From: Calditrichia bacterium | GTDB lineage: Bacteria; Calditrichota; Calditrichia; JAJRVZ01 | Direction of reading: 5' to 3' | DNA: 64,000 bases | Assembly (NCBI GenBank): GCA_963777955.1 | Contig: CAVZSQ010000022.1 | Coordinates: 864,001-928,000 of the forward strand | Shown here: one piece after another, positions 1-9,649 of the stretch | Layout of the letters: each line of letters begins with the position of its first letter | Position numbering within the stretch: the stretch's first letter is position 1 | The notes under the pieces: model-generated | Told to the model about the DNA's origin: nothing | The model's database searches: none | Seen by the model: the letters and a program-made list of their open reading frames with translations, nothing else | Made by a program: the position numbers and the translations under genes

Positions 1-603
1 GGCGCCGCGATGCGAGGCGCGGGTATTTTTTTCATAAAAATTGAGCAGGATGCCTTCTATCTCTAAATCCGGGTTTACACTCTCCCTTAACTGCTTGATG
101 ACCTGCAGTAAACGAGTGACTATGTTGATGGCAAAATAACTGCATTGCAGGGGAATCAGGACGGAATGAGCGGCGAACAGAGCTACCAGGGTCAGATCGC
201 TCAGCGAAGGGGGTGTATCGAAGATGATGAAATCGTAAAGTATTTTCTTCTTGGAAATCAGGTCGTTGAGTTTTCGCCGTAAAACACTGCGGTTCTTGGC
301 CATGGTGGTGAGACGGATCTCGCGGTCATGGCTGAATACATTACAGGGAATAATGTCCAGAAAAGATAATTCGGTGCGCTGGATACATTCGGGAATCTCC
401 GCAGTACCCAGCATGATTTCATATATACCTATTTTAATATCCTCGGGCCGGATACCCAGACCAAGGCTGAGTGCGCCATTGGGATCCAAATCGATCAGCA
501 GGACTTTTTTCTCGGCGATAGCCAGGCTGACGCCAAGGTTCAGGGCCGATGTTGTTTTGCCGACACCGCCTTTAGGATTGGCTACCGCAATAATTTTAGG
601 CAT
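1..603 (-). CDS. ParA/Soj-family ATPase paralogue (3' end runs off the window; absent from the ORF track)
   Basis: Manual translation from CAT at 601-603: MPKIIAVANPKGGVGKTTSALNLGVSLAIAEKKVLLIDLDPNG...YDFIIFDTPPSLS...VLIPLQCSYFA...IEGILL; deviant Walker A plus DxPP motif. Confidence 0.92.
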   Translation of the reverse strand, partial: MPKIIAVANPKGGVGKTTSALNLGVSLAIAEKKVLLIDLDPNGALSLGLGIRPEDIKIGIYEIMLGTAEIPECIQRTELSFLDIIPCNVFSHDREIRLTTMAKNRSVLRRKLNDLISKKKILYDFIIFDTPPSLSDLTLVALFAAHSVLIPLQCSYFAINIVTRLLQVIKQLRESVNPDLEIEGILLNFYEKNTRASHRGA

Positions 604-705
604 AATTTTATGGCTCGAATATACTCAGTGGTATGTTTTTTTTTCAATAATATACAGATTATAGTCGACGTAAAAAATATAATTATTAGCCTGGGTCGGA
701 TAGAA

Positions 706-2952
706 TTAAAAGCGGAACAAATAAGATAATTTTAAAAAGAAGCCATGGGCGTAACGATTATATTGATTGGCCGGATCGCGCAGAAAATAATCGTTATAAC
801 CGATAAAAATCACCGTACCGGGAGATGGTTGATAACTGAACAGGGCATTGAGATCAAGGTCACGGTAATAATCGTTTCTTTCCATTATCAATCGAATGCC
901 TGTTTCCCGGGAAAACTGAAAATTTGTACGCAAGCGGTAAATATACTGCTGGGTATAATAATGGATTGAACTCTGATCGCCGCTGAAATCATAGAGGGAG
1001 ACTTTCAATTCAGTAGACCAGTTGTTTAATAAATTCAATTCGGTGCTGAACTCATATGATTGCATGGTGCCCAGGAAAGGTTCCAGGTTGTAATAAATGG
1101 CATCATAATAAATCCCGTCACCGTAATAAAAGGTCGAGTTGAAAACCAGCCAGTAAAAAGTCTGGTTGCTGTAGTTTAAATAGATCCAGTTCTTGTTAAA
1201 ATCATAGCCGTAATAGTTTTCAAACTGCCGGTATAAACGCAGGTCAACTTTATGACGCCCCTTCATTTCCAGATTAACTCCCGGACCGACATAACTCTCT
1301 ATTTTTTCTCCCTGATGGTTATACATGGTGGACAGGTATAGCATGGGTTGTATTTTAGAAAAGAACAATTGCGCCGAAAGAAAATCATGCCATAGTGTCA
1401 GCGAACCTTCCCGGAAATCATCGGTGCGCATTACAAAACCGTTGGCGGCTTTGAAATGGGGGAAGATGTCCTGATAAGAAATCTGAAAACTGATATCCTG
1501 GCTGGACCGGAATAGACTGGCAGCCAGAGCGGGATCATGCTTGACAGACTTTGTAAAAATATCTTTGGTGGTGGAATTGAGTACCTGAAAACTGAATGAA
1601 TATTGCCGCCCGATCAAAAAGGATCCATCCAGGCCAAAAGTCGTACTGAAGTGATCGCGCTGATGCATATCGGTAACGATCAGACCCAGGTGAGAAGAAC
1701 TCCACAAATTCTTTTTTAATCTGAAAATAGAATGATAGGACAGGCGGTCCTGGTATTTTCTTATGAATAAACTGTCGTCGAAAGCCGGGTTAAAAAATTG
1801 ATAATTTCCGGCTGCAGCGGTCAGGTAATCAAGAGATCCATAATATTCGTCTATACCCTCCAGCAAACCCAATTCGAAATCAGCCAGTTGTCCGGTCAGT
1901 TTCAGGCCGAATATTGGATCAACGATTCGCCGGGTATATACGACACTGATTGGATTATTAGGTATCTGGAATGGGGTTTGAAAAATGTTGGTTCCCTCTA
2001 AAAAGAAAGTACGTTTCTCATTATAGTAAAGCGGAAACCTGCGGTTTACGTCGATTTTATCCGCATCGGCTTCTATCTGACTGAAATCGGGATTATAAGT
2101 GAGATCGACCGTCAGATTGGACAGAAAGCCGAATTTGAGGTTTATTCCTCCTTCATAATCCATGGCGTTTTCGTTGAACTCGCCGGTGCCGGTATTCAGG
2201 TTGCCCTGTTGAATTGACCAGAATTCCGGCAGTATTTCAATGTTATAACTGGATTTAATGCCGGACAATCCATGCAACCTGGCAAACTGGGGAACGAAGG
2301 TAGTGGCATAGCGGGAAATTGCCGGCCAGATGAAGGTTCTGTCCAGATGCGGGATCGTACGCATGAAGGAAAATCCCCAGACCATGTCCGGATTATTGGG
2401 AAAGCGGATGCTCTTGAACGGAATTTCCACCTCAACGATATATCCTTTTTCAAACAGGCGGCCCTTGGAGTAGAGCAGAAAATCGGGTTTCAGATTCTGT
2501 TCAACCATATCGACGTAAATCCCGTCGGTCTGAATCCCGTAAGGATTGAAGTCGAATTCGTAGGCCTCTTTGCCATTATTAAAAGTATCGAGGAAAATAG
2601 TGATATGGTCATCATCAAAAATATCATCGCGCTTGGTGATGGAGGCGCGAATGGCCAGGGGATCTTCATCGAAGCAGACGAAAGCCAGATAAAGAGCGGA
2701 TTGGTTATAGATCATCATCACGGCGGTTTTTTCACTGGCCGCCTGGCCGTCCACAGGATAATAGGAAAAAAAGTCCTGGATCTTGAGAGCATTCTTCCAA
2801 CCTTCTTCCTGTAAATAGCCGTCGATTTGCATGGAGTTCGAAAATACAGGGATGGTCACAGATACGCTGGCATCATCCTGAGCTATCAGCGGAAAAGCCA
2901 GGCTGAGCAGAAAGATGAACAGAATAACTGATAACTTTAACACGTCTGACAT
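706..2952 (-). CDS. DUF5916-like protein: signal peptide, N-terminal CBM9-like domain, probable outer-membrane beta-barrel
   Basis: IDGYLQEEGW, LTYNPDFSQIEAD, RFPLYYNEKRTFFLEG motifs; C-terminus FFLKLSYLFRF resembles a BAM signal. Confidence 0.8.
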   Translation of the reverse strand: MSDVLKLSVILFIFLLSLAFPLIAQDDASVSVTIPVFSNSMQIDGYLQEEGWKNALKIQDFFSYYPVDGQAASEKTAVMMIYNQSALYLAFVCFDEDPLAIRASITKRDDIFDDDHITIFLDTFNNGKEAYEFDFNPYGIQTDGIYVDMVEQNLKPDFLLYSKGRLFEKGYIVEVEIPFKSIRFPNNPDMVWGFSFMRTIPHLDRTFIWPAISRYATTFVPQFARLHGLSGIKSSYNIEILPEFWSIQQGNLNTGTGEFNENAMDYEGGINLKFGFLSNLTVDLTYNPDFSQIEADADKIDVNRRFPLYYNEKRTFFLEGTNIFQTPFQIPNNPISVVYTRRIVDPIFGLKLTGQLADFELGLLEGIDEYYGSLDYLTAAAGNYQFFNPAFDDSLFIRKYQDRLSYHSIFRLKKNLWSSSHLGLIVTDMHQRDHFSTTFGLDGSFLIGRQYSFSFQVLNSTTKDIFTKSVKHDPALAASLFRSSQDISFQISYQDIFPHFKAANGFVMRTDDFREGSLTLWHDFLSAQLFFSKIQPMLYLSTMYNHQGEKIESYVGPGVNLEMKGRHKVDLRLYRQFENYYGYDFNKNWIYLNYSNQTFYWLVFNSTFYYGDGIYYDAIYYNLEPFLGTMQSYEFSTELNLLNNWSTELKVSLYDFSGDQSSIHYYTQQYIYRLRTNFQFSRETGIRLIMERNDYYRDLDLNALFSYQPSPGTVIFIGYNDYFLRDPANQYNRYAHGFFLKLSYLFRF

Positions 2953-2960
2953 ATTACATA

Positions 2961-4535
2961 CTACTTGGACGGTATTTTACTCATAGCCCGTTCGGCCAGT
3001 GCTGTAATGGTCAGGGAGGGATTTACACCCGGGTTGGCTGAAATGGTTGAACCATCACAGATCAGCATGTTGACATAACCGAAGACATGGTTGTCCTTAT
3101 CAATTACTCCCTGCCGGGCATTTTCTCCCATCACAGCTCCGCCCAGGATGTGGGCTGTGGTCGGACGGCCCAACAAGGTCTCGGTTAACAGCACTGTAGG
3201 TTTACCATCGACAATCTGAGCAAATTGTTCGGCCAGTTCTTTTGCTTCGGGTATGAATGGGGTCGGACTTGTTCCTTTGATTAATGAGGATCTCATCCCC
3301 CACAGTCCTGCGACGGCAAAGCGCAGGGTCGAATCAAGGGTACGCATAAATAAAAGTATCTGTGTTTTCTTCGCCCAATTCCCCACAAAATAGGCTCTGA
3401 AATTTTTTAGGGGATGTAAGATAATGTCCTGGATAATACGGACAATACGGATTAGAATCGTATTGCCGTGTACCTGGGGAGAAGTGAGTAACCTCCAGAA
3501 TCCTGAACCGTCCGGGTAACGTACCGGCTCTACATGGCTGTGTTTATCCCATTGCAGAATGGATCCAATCGCCACCCCTTCTGAAAAATTGATATTTCTG
3601 TCGAAACTGACCACGCCGATCAGGCTTTCTGAATTGGTGCGGATATCCCAGCCGACACGATCCGATAATCCAGGCAAAGAGTTCTTTTTTAAACGCAATA
3701 ATAAAGGAACAGTGCCCAGGACGCCACCGGCGAAGATCACGGACTTGCAGTTATATTCACCTCGTTGTTTAAAATAACGGGTTGCAGATTTCCACTTGAT
3801 TTTATATCCGTCACTGCCATCCCGGCTGTCAAGCGGTTGAACGTCATAAACTTCGCGCTCAGCCTGAATTTTAGCTCCCCGCTGCTGGGCAAGATGAAGA
3901 TAGTTTTTATCCAGGGTATTTTTCGCATTATAGCGGCAACCCACCATGCACCCGCCGCAAAAAGTGCATCCGGAGCGCTCTGGTCCCGCCCCATCGAAAT
4001 AGGGGTCGGCTACTGTTTCATTAGCTTTACCGAAATAGACGGCCACATCGGTCGGTCTGTATTCGGCGCTCAGGTTTAGTTTTTGAGCCAACTTGAACAG
4101 TGTTAGATCACCATCTTTTAACTGGGGGTTGGTAGTGGCTCCTAATATCTTCAGGGCGACCGGGTAAAAAGGGGCTAACTCCTGTTCCCAATCGGCCAAT
4201 CCGGCCCAGCTGGTTGCCTGGAAAAAACCTTCGGCGGGAATAGGCAGAGTATTGGCATAAACGAGCGATCCGCCCCCCACGCCGACGCCGGATAATATTG
4301 TTACATGCCGATGGAATGAAATCCTGAAGAAGCCGAATAATTTCAGGCCTGGTAACCACAACCAGCGGCGCAGATTCCAATTTGTTTTGGGGAAGTCGCG
4401 GTTTTGAAACCACTTGCCTTTTTCCAGTACCAGTACACGATAACCCTTTTCACTCAGACGCAGGGCGGCCACCGAACCGCCAAAACCGGATCCAATAATA
4501 ATGCAGTCATAGTCATGCGAATTTTGAGCAGACAT
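2961..4535 (-). CDS. GMC-family FAD oxidoreductase (cholesterol oxidase ChoD-like)
   Basis: IIGSGFGGSVAA FAD motif, GVGGGSLVYAN, CTFCGGCMVGC, TAHILGG, NPGVNPSLTITALAER. Confidence 0.88.
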   Translation of the reverse strand: MSAQNSHDYDCIIIGSGFGGSVAALRLSEKGYRVLVLEKGKWFQNRDFPKTNWNLRRWLWLPGLKLFGFFRISFHRHVTILSGVGVGGGSLVYANTLPIPAEGFFQATSWAGLADWEQELAPFYPVALKILGATTNPQLKDGDLTLFKLAQKLNLSAEYRPTDVAVYFGKANETVADPYFDGAGPERSGCTFCGGCMVGCRYNAKNTLDKNYLHLAQQRGAKIQAEREVYDVQPLDSRDGSDGYKIKWKSATRYFKQRGEYNCKSVIFAGGVLGTVPLLLRLKKNSLPGLSDRVGWDIRTNSESLIGVVSFDRNINFSEGVAIGSILQWDKHSHVEPVRYPDGSGFWRLLTSPQVHGNTILIRIVRIIQDIILHPLKNFRAYFVGNWAKKTQILLFMRTLDSTLRFAVAGLWGMRSSLIKGTSPTPFIPEAKELAEQFAQIVDGKPTVLLTETLLGRPTTAHILGGAVMGENARQGVIDKDNHVFGYVNMLICDGSTISANPGVNPSLTITALAERAMSKIPSK

Positions 4536-4719
4536 CAGTAAAGAGTCCTATTTCAAATTTGGGTGAGTCGAATTATTATTTGAGTTTCTAAATTGAATTA
4601 TAAAATAGAAGAAAAATAGATAAAAGTAAATTGTTTTATGTATTTGATCTGATTTGTGTATTGAGAATTAGGGGTAAATAATTGACGGAGTTCACGGAAT
4701 TAAATTCTGATTTAGTTAA

Positions 4720-4775
4720 TTGGAATTTTGGAATGTTGGAATTTGATTGTTTGGAATTTGAATTTGCATTTGGTG
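4720..4775. repeat. Degenerate short tandem repeat (TTGGAAT x4 plus decayed copies) in an AT-rich, C-poor intergenic region
   Basis: TTGGAAT at 4720, 4728, 4736 and 4751, followed by TTGAATTTGCATTTGGTG. Confidence 0.6.
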
Positions 4776-4820
4776 ATTCATTGAGGGTATTTTAATGATA
4801 CCATCCGTAAATATAATCGC

Positions 4821-4849
4821 TTGCTTTACAGATACCAGAAATATAAATT
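4821..4849 (+). promoter_or_regulatory. Putative sigma70-type promoter of parAB
   Basis: TTGCTT-17 bp-TAAATT; the same -10 variant recurs at other promoters in the window. Confidence 0.5.
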
Positions 4850-4902
4850 AAAGATTCTGATTAAGTAGAAGAAATTATTTTAAACCGGGTTTATTCAGTA
4901 AT

Positions 4903-5682
4903 ATGACGGGCAGAATTATTACCATAGCAAACCAGAAAGGTGGAGTGGGCAAGACCACCACGGCCATTAATCTGGCCAGTTGTCTGGCCGTTTCCGAAAA
5001 ACGGGTACTCATCGTCGATATTGATCCTCAGGCCAATGCTACCAGTGGTCTGGGCCTGGCCCGGCACAGGAATGAAAAAAGCATTTATGATGCCCTGTTG
5101 AGTAACGAACGGTTGCAGGAATTGATCGTGCATACATCTGTACCCTATCTGGATCTGGTTCCCTCCACTATTCAATTAGTAGGGGCGGAGGTGGAACTGG
5201 TCAATGCCCCCCGGCGGGAATTATTGCTTAAGGATTGTCTGAGCACGATCCGGGATCAATATACATATATCTTCATCGATTGTCCGCCTTCACTTGGTCT
5301 GTTGACCATCAATGCTCTGACCGCGGCCGATACCGTGTTAATTCCGATCCAGTGCGAATATTATGCCCTGGAAGGACTGAGTCAATTGCTGAATACCATT
5401 CACCTGGTGCAAAAAAATCTAAATAAAAAATTGACCATCGAAGGTGTCTTATTGACCATGTTTGACCCCCGCCTGAATTTATCCAATCAGGTGGCGGATG
5501 AAGTACGCGAATATTTCAAGGAAAAAGTATATCAGACGATCATTAACCGTAATGTGCGCCTGGGTGAGGCACCCAGTTTTGGAAAACCGATCATTATGTA
5601 CGACGCCGTCTGCAGCGGCAGTCAGAATTACATCAGTTTGGCCGAGGAAATAATAAAGAATGACGACAAGAAGACTGGGTAA
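4903..5682 (+). CDS. parA: Chromosome partitioning ATPase ParA/Soj
   Basis: ANQKGGVGKTTT, DIDPQANAT, IDCPPSLG, QCEYYALEG, RNVRLGEAPS. Confidence 0.97.
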   Translation: MTGRIITIANQKGGVGKTTTAINLASCLAVSEKRVLIVDIDPQANATSGLGLARHRNEKSIYDALLSNERLQELIVHTSVPYLDLVPSTIQLVGAEVELVNAPRRELLLKDCLSTIRDQYTYIFIDCPPSLGLLTINALTAADTVLIPIQCEYYALEGLSQLLNTIHLVQKNLNKKLTIEGVLLTMFDPRLNLSNQVADEVREYFKEKVYQTIINRNVRLGEAPSFGKPIIMYDAVCSGSQNYISLAEEIIKNDDKKTG

Positions 5683-6553
5683 GGGATTAAATGCCCTGAT
5701 TCCCACTCCGGACAGCGAAGAGAACGAACCGGGATCGTCCGAGCAGTTGATCGAAATCGAAATCGCCCGGATCAAACCCAACCCGTATCAGCCGCGTCTC
5801 AAATTCGATGCACAGGCTCTGCTGGAACTGAAAAACTCAATCCGCGAAAAAGGATTGATCCAACCGATTACCGTACGCCGGGTTGAATCGGGTTATGAAT
5901 TAATTGCCGGCGAAAGAAGATTACGGGCCGCCACAGACGCAGGATTCAAAAAAGTTCCCGCCTATATAATCCATGTCGAAACCAAAGAAGAAATGATCGA
6001 ATTATCCCTGATTGAGAATGTCCAGCGTGAAAAACTCAATCCGATCGAAGAAGCCACGGCTTTTCAACGTCTGATCAGCGAATGCCAGCTGACCCAGGAC
6101 GAAGTGGCCCGGAAGATCGGCAAGGATCGCACTACCATTACCAATACCCTGCGTTTATTAAAATTACCCGGCGATATTCAGGAGAGTGTCGAGACCGGAA
6201 AAATCTCAGTCGGACATGCGCGAACCTTGCTGGCTGTTGATGACCAGCGCGTGCAGCGTGCCCTGTGGCAAAAAGTGATCAAAAATGACATCTCGGTACG
6301 TACCCTGGAAAAACTGGTGCGGGAACTCAGCCAGGTAAAACCTCATCAGCCGGTACCGACAGAAAAAAAATCGACTCACCTGCTGAAGGTGGAGGAAGAT
6401 TTGCGCGATACTTTCGGTACTAAAGTATCGATTCGTTCCAGAAAAGAGGGCGGCTCGATCGAAATTGAATTCTACTCTGCCGAAGACCTGAACCGAATTC
6501 TGGAAATAATCGAAGCGGCTAAAATAATTGCATGTTTTACGCATAAAACCTAA
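5660..6553 (+). CDS. parB: Chromosome partitioning protein ParB/Spo0J (true stop may be ~6527 if the A-run at 6521-6524 has an extra base)
   Basis: LGKGLNALI, NPYQPR, LIAGERRLRA, ENVQRE, HTH region; overlaps parA. Confidence 0.96.
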   Translation: MTTRRLGKGLNALIPTPDSEENEPGSSEQLIEIEIARIKPNPYQPRLKFDAQALLELKNSIREKGLIQPITVRRVESGYELIAGERRLRAATDAGFKKVPAYIIHVETKEEMIELSLIENVQREKLNPIEEATAFQRLISECQLTQDEVARKIGKDRTTITNTLRLLKLPGDIQESVETGKISVGHARTLLAVDDQRVQRALWQKVIKNDISVRTLEKLVRELSQVKPHQPVPTEKKSTHLLKVEEDLRDTFGTKVSIRSRKEGGSIEIEFYSAEDLNRILEIIEAAKIIACFTHKT

Positions 6554-6556
6554 ATT
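6528..6556 (+). promoter_or_regulatory. Putative sigma70 promoter for the M23-bactofilin-atp genes, with an inverted repeat in the spacer
   Basis: TTGCAT-17 bp-TAAATT; the spacer contains GTTTTA-CGCA-TAAAAC (6534-6549). Confidence 0.5.
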
Positions 6557-6591
6557 AAAAAACTATATTTTAATGATTTAAGTATTGTAAA

Positions 6592-7389
6592 ATGAAAACA
6601 AAAAAAAGAAAAACCAGGTCTTATACTTTCTTATTAATACCCGATAATGAACGTGAGACCCGCAGTTTCAATATCAATGCGCAGGTCTTACGCGTTTCCC
6701 TGGTTTTATTGCTGGTTTTAGTTGTGCTGCTGCTGTTTGGTTTTGGCACTTACTGGAAAGCAGCCAGCATGGCCTTGCGTTATGGAACATTGCGGGAAGA
6801 AAATTTAAAACTCAAGGAGAGCCTCAACCGTTTGGATGAGATTCAAAGCAATCTGGATAAATTGCGCAAGGTCGACCAGAAATTACGCTCTTCGCTTGCC
6901 GGTTATGTGGGTGTTGTGGAAAATGATCTGCAGCAGGATAAACAATTAAACGTGAGTGAAGTTAACACCTCCAGTCGTGATAAATATGACCGGTCCATTT
7001 TCAGTTCTGTTCCGGATATTTACCCGGTCGACGGTTTTATTACCCGCGGTTTTGAACCGACATCAGCATTGGGCGTTCCGCATTACGCCATCGATATTGC
7101 CGCCACCAAAGGATCTCCGGTGAAAGCCACCGGGGATGGCGTGGTTATGTTTTCCGGTTGGACCTATGAAGAGGGGTATGTGGTAATTCTGAAACATAGA
7201 TTGAATTATTACTCCTTTTATAAACATAATCTGGAGAATCTGTGCACCGAATTCCAGCAGGTCAAAAAAGGACAGGTTATTGCTTTGCTGGGCGACACCG
7301 GTCAGATAAGTTCCGGTCCACATTTACATTTTGAAGTATGGGATGGATTGCAGCCGGTTGATCCGTTAATTTTTTTAAGAAATAACTGA
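6592..7389 (+). CDS. M23 family metallopeptidase with TM anchor and coiled coil
   Basis: HYAIDIA, YKHN, GDTGQISSGPHLHFEVW. Confidence 0.92.
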   Translation: MKTKKRKTRSYTFLLIPDNERETRSFNINAQVLRVSLVLLLVLVVLLLFGFGTYWKAASMALRYGTLREENLKLKESLNRLDEIQSNLDKLRKVDQKLRSSLAGYVGVVENDLQQDKQLNVSEVNTSSRDKYDRSIFSSVPDIYPVDGFITRGFEPTSALGVPHYAIDIAATKGSPVKATGDGVVMFSGWTYEEGYVVILKHRLNYYSFYKHNLENLCTEFQQVKKGQVIALLGDTGQISSGPHLHFEVWDGLQPVDPLIFLRNN

Positions 7390-7420
7390 ACTACCATAAC
7401 TTAGCAGAAAGGATACAATC

Positions 7421-7849
7421 TTGGCTATAATGAAAGGAAATATGCAGGAATCATCAAGTACCGACCTGAATTTGTTTGGTCGTGGTACGGTTATCGAAGG
7501 AACCATCCGTGCCGATAATAGTGTACGGGTTGATGGGATTCTGAAGGGGAAACTCATTTGCAAAAATACGCTGACCGTTGGGATGAACGGTGAGATCGAG
7601 GGGGAGGTCGAAGCCAAGAATGCGATTATTGGTGGAAAGATCAAGGGCAAGATCAACGTCGCCGAAAAACTGGTACTGGAAGCCAAATCAAGTCTGATCG
7701 GTGAACTGAAAGCCAGTAAACTGATCATCGATGAAGGCGCCGTTTTTGAAGGCACTTCCACGATGGGTGTAAAGGATCGGGACTGCATCCCCCGAAACTG
7801 TTCGAAGATACCAAAAAACCGCTGTGATGATTGCAAATATAAAAAATGA
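7421..7849 (+). CDS. Bactofilin (polymer-forming cytoskeletal protein)
   Basis: Beta-helix repeats GTVIEGTI...VRVDG...GEIEGEV...LIIDEGAVFEG; TTG start after an AAAGGA RBS. Confidence 0.92.
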   Translation: MAIMKGNMQESSSTDLNLFGRGTVIEGTIRADNSVRVDGILKGKLICKNTLTVGMNGEIEGEVEAKNAIIGGKIKGKINVAEKLVLEAKSSLIGELKASKLIIDEGAVFEGTSTMGVKDRDCIPRNCSKIPKNRCDDCKYKK

Positions 7850-8098
7850 ATTCGGGAGATAAGAAAAATCCGGATGGAATGAATGATGCTTTCAGCGCCT
7901 ACCGGAAAGCTGCTCCATATATTAATGCAATCTATGCTTTTATCGGGGCTGTCATTCTGTTTGGATTCATTGGTTGGTGGCTTGACCAGAAATTCAGCAG
8001 CGAACCGTTGTTTATTCTCAGTCGGCCTGTTTCTGGGATTAGGATTGGGATTCTATAGTCTTATAAAAACTGCAAAAAAATTGGAAAAGAAACGGTGA
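7846..8098 (+). CDS. AtpZ/AtpI-family small membrane protein (one frameshift near 8020)
   Basis: GFIGWWLD continuing in the next frame as VGLFLGLGLGFYSLIK; leads the atp operon. Confidence 0.8.
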
Positions 8099-8472
8099 AA
8101 TCTTTCTGGTACGGAATAGCAGTTTTAATGTTTTCATGTTTGCTGGTCTGCTGGATTGTGTGCTATGGTTCAGACAGTAAACCGGCAATTTTGCTGGCCG
8201 CTATGGCCGGAAGTATTCTGGCCTCAATGTTTGTCGGTGCGGGATTTATCAGTTTTTATTTTGCCAGGACCAGAGCGGAATCCGCTTTTCAAAAGATTTT
8301 TGTGGCCAGTGTTTTCGGCCGCCTGGCAATCATGATAATTGTACTGTTATTGATTTTCAAATATATAAATTTTGAGCCCCTCCCTTTTTTAATCTCGCTG
8401 CTTTGTTGTTACTTTATTTTTCAGCTGTGGGAGGTTATCAGTTTGAACCGTCTGGCAGCAGGGGGAAAATAA
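8095..8472 (+). CDS. atpI: ATP synthase protein I-like 4-TM protein
   Basis: Four hydrophobic segments, GRL motif, position immediately before atpB. Confidence 0.65.
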   Translation: MKSFWYGIAVLMFSCLLVCWIVCYGSDSKPAILLAAMAGSILASMFVGAGFISFYFARTRAESAFQKIFVASVFGRLAIMIIVLLLIFKYINFEPLPFLISLLCCYFIFQLWEVISLNRLAAGGK

Positions 8473-8476
8473 CCAT

Positions 8477-9328
8477 ATGATCCTGGCCAGTTTAATGACC
8501 GGCACAACAAAACCCGAAGGTGAAGCACAGAGCGTCAATCTGGGTGATTATATCATGCATCATGTGCAGAACCGTAATGAGTGGGATATTTTTGGCTATA
8601 AACTGCACCTGCCCCAGTTCGAACCGGTCACGATCCTGGGACTTAAAATTGATTTTTCTATAACCAATCACGTGGTGATGTTATGGATTGCTGCCCTGTT
8701 CCTGCTGTTGCTGTTCGGGATCCTGTTCCGTAAACGCAGCCTGGTGCCCAGAGGTTTTGCTGCCTTGCTGGAAATGCTGGTTATATTCGTGCGTAATGAT
8801 ATTGTTATAGCCACTCTGGGTGAAAAGTATGGCCGCAGGTTTGCTCCGCTGATCGTGACTTTTTTCTTTTTTATCCTGACCTGTAACCTGATGGGTTTGA
8901 TTCCGCTGTTTTCCACTCCAACCGGAAATATTAATGTAACAGCTTCTCTGGCTCTGATAACCCTGGTCACCGGACAGTTATACGGGATCAAGTACAATGG
9001 ATTGTTCAAACATCTCAAAGCCATAGTACCTTCCGGGTTGCCATTCTATTTAGTGCCGTTGTTGTACCCAATCGAAATTATGGGATTGCTGGCCAAGCAT
9101 TTTGCCCTGATCGTACGTCTCTTTGCCAATATGATCGCCGGACATATAGTCTTTTTTGCGTTGCTGGGTTTGATTTTTATTTTTAAATCAGTTTTGATCG
9201 CACCTTTATCTGTTGGATTTGCTTTATTCGTTGATTTGCTGGAATTACTGGTGGGTTTTATTCAAGCTTATGTATTTTCACTTTTATCGACTTTATTCAT
9301 CGGGATGTCAGTGCATCCGGAACATTAA
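8477..9328 (+). CDS. atpB: ATP synthase Fo subunit a
   Basis: PTGNINVT, VRLFANMIAGH, FIQAYVFSLL. Confidence 0.97.
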   Translation: MILASLMTGTTKPEGEAQSVNLGDYIMHHVQNRNEWDIFGYKLHLPQFEPVTILGLKIDFSITNHVVMLWIAALFLLLLFGILFRKRSLVPRGFAALLEMLVIFVRNDIVIATLGEKYGRRFAPLIVTFFFFILTCNLMGLIPLFSTPTGNINVTASLALITLVTGQLYGIKYNGLFKHLKAIVPSGLPFYLVPLLYPIEIMGLLAKHFALIVRLFANMIAGHIVFFALLGLIFIFKSVLIAPLSVGFALFVDLLELLVGFIQAYVFSLLSTLFIGMSVHPEH

Positions 9329-9383
9329 ATAGTATTAAATCTATATTAGCGGGAATAACAAACATAACAGGAGGAGTGTTTAA

Positions 9384-9632
9384 ATGGGTGAAATTGGTGA
9401 TTTAGCCAAGGCATTTGCATTTCTGGCGGCCGGAATTGGATCCGGTATTGTAACGATAGGTGCCGGTTTAGGTATCGGAAAAATTGCTGCAGCAGCAATG
9501 GACGGAACCGCCCGTCAACCGGAGGCGACCAATGCCATCCGTATGACCATGATCATTGCCGCGGCCATGATCGAAGGTGCAGCGCTGTTCGGACTCGTGG
9601 TCTGTGTTCTGCTGATCGTACTAATCAAATAA
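9384..9632 (+). CDS. atpE: ATP synthase Fo subunit c (H+-type binding site)
   Basis: GAGLGIG, ARQPE, MIEGAALF. Confidence 0.97.
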   Translation: MGEIGDLAKAFAFLAAGIGSGIVTIGAGLGIGKIAAAAMDGTARQPEATNAIRMTMIIAAAMIEGAALFGLVVCVLLIVLIK

Positions 9633-9649
9633 AATTTTAGGAAAGAAAT

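Noticed and set aside
251..664. 137-aa plus-strand ORF in the track
   Set aside because: Antisense shadow of the real minus-strand ParA paralogue.
4536..4902. Possible oriC or parS next to parAB
   Set aside because: No TTATCCACA-type boxes and no TGTTNCACGTGAAACA match found by eye; AT richness and a strand switch alone are insufficient.
7775..7849. Cys-rich tail (C-x4-C-x7-C-x2-C) on the bactofilin as a metal-binding domain
   Set aside because: A one-base shift gives an ordinary tail (GSGLHPPKLFEDTKKPL-stop); given the indel rate, an artefact is at least as likely.
9384..9632. Na+-translocating ATP synthase
   Set aside because: Subunit c has IEGAA and lacks the Gln...Glu-Ser/Thr sodium-binding signature.
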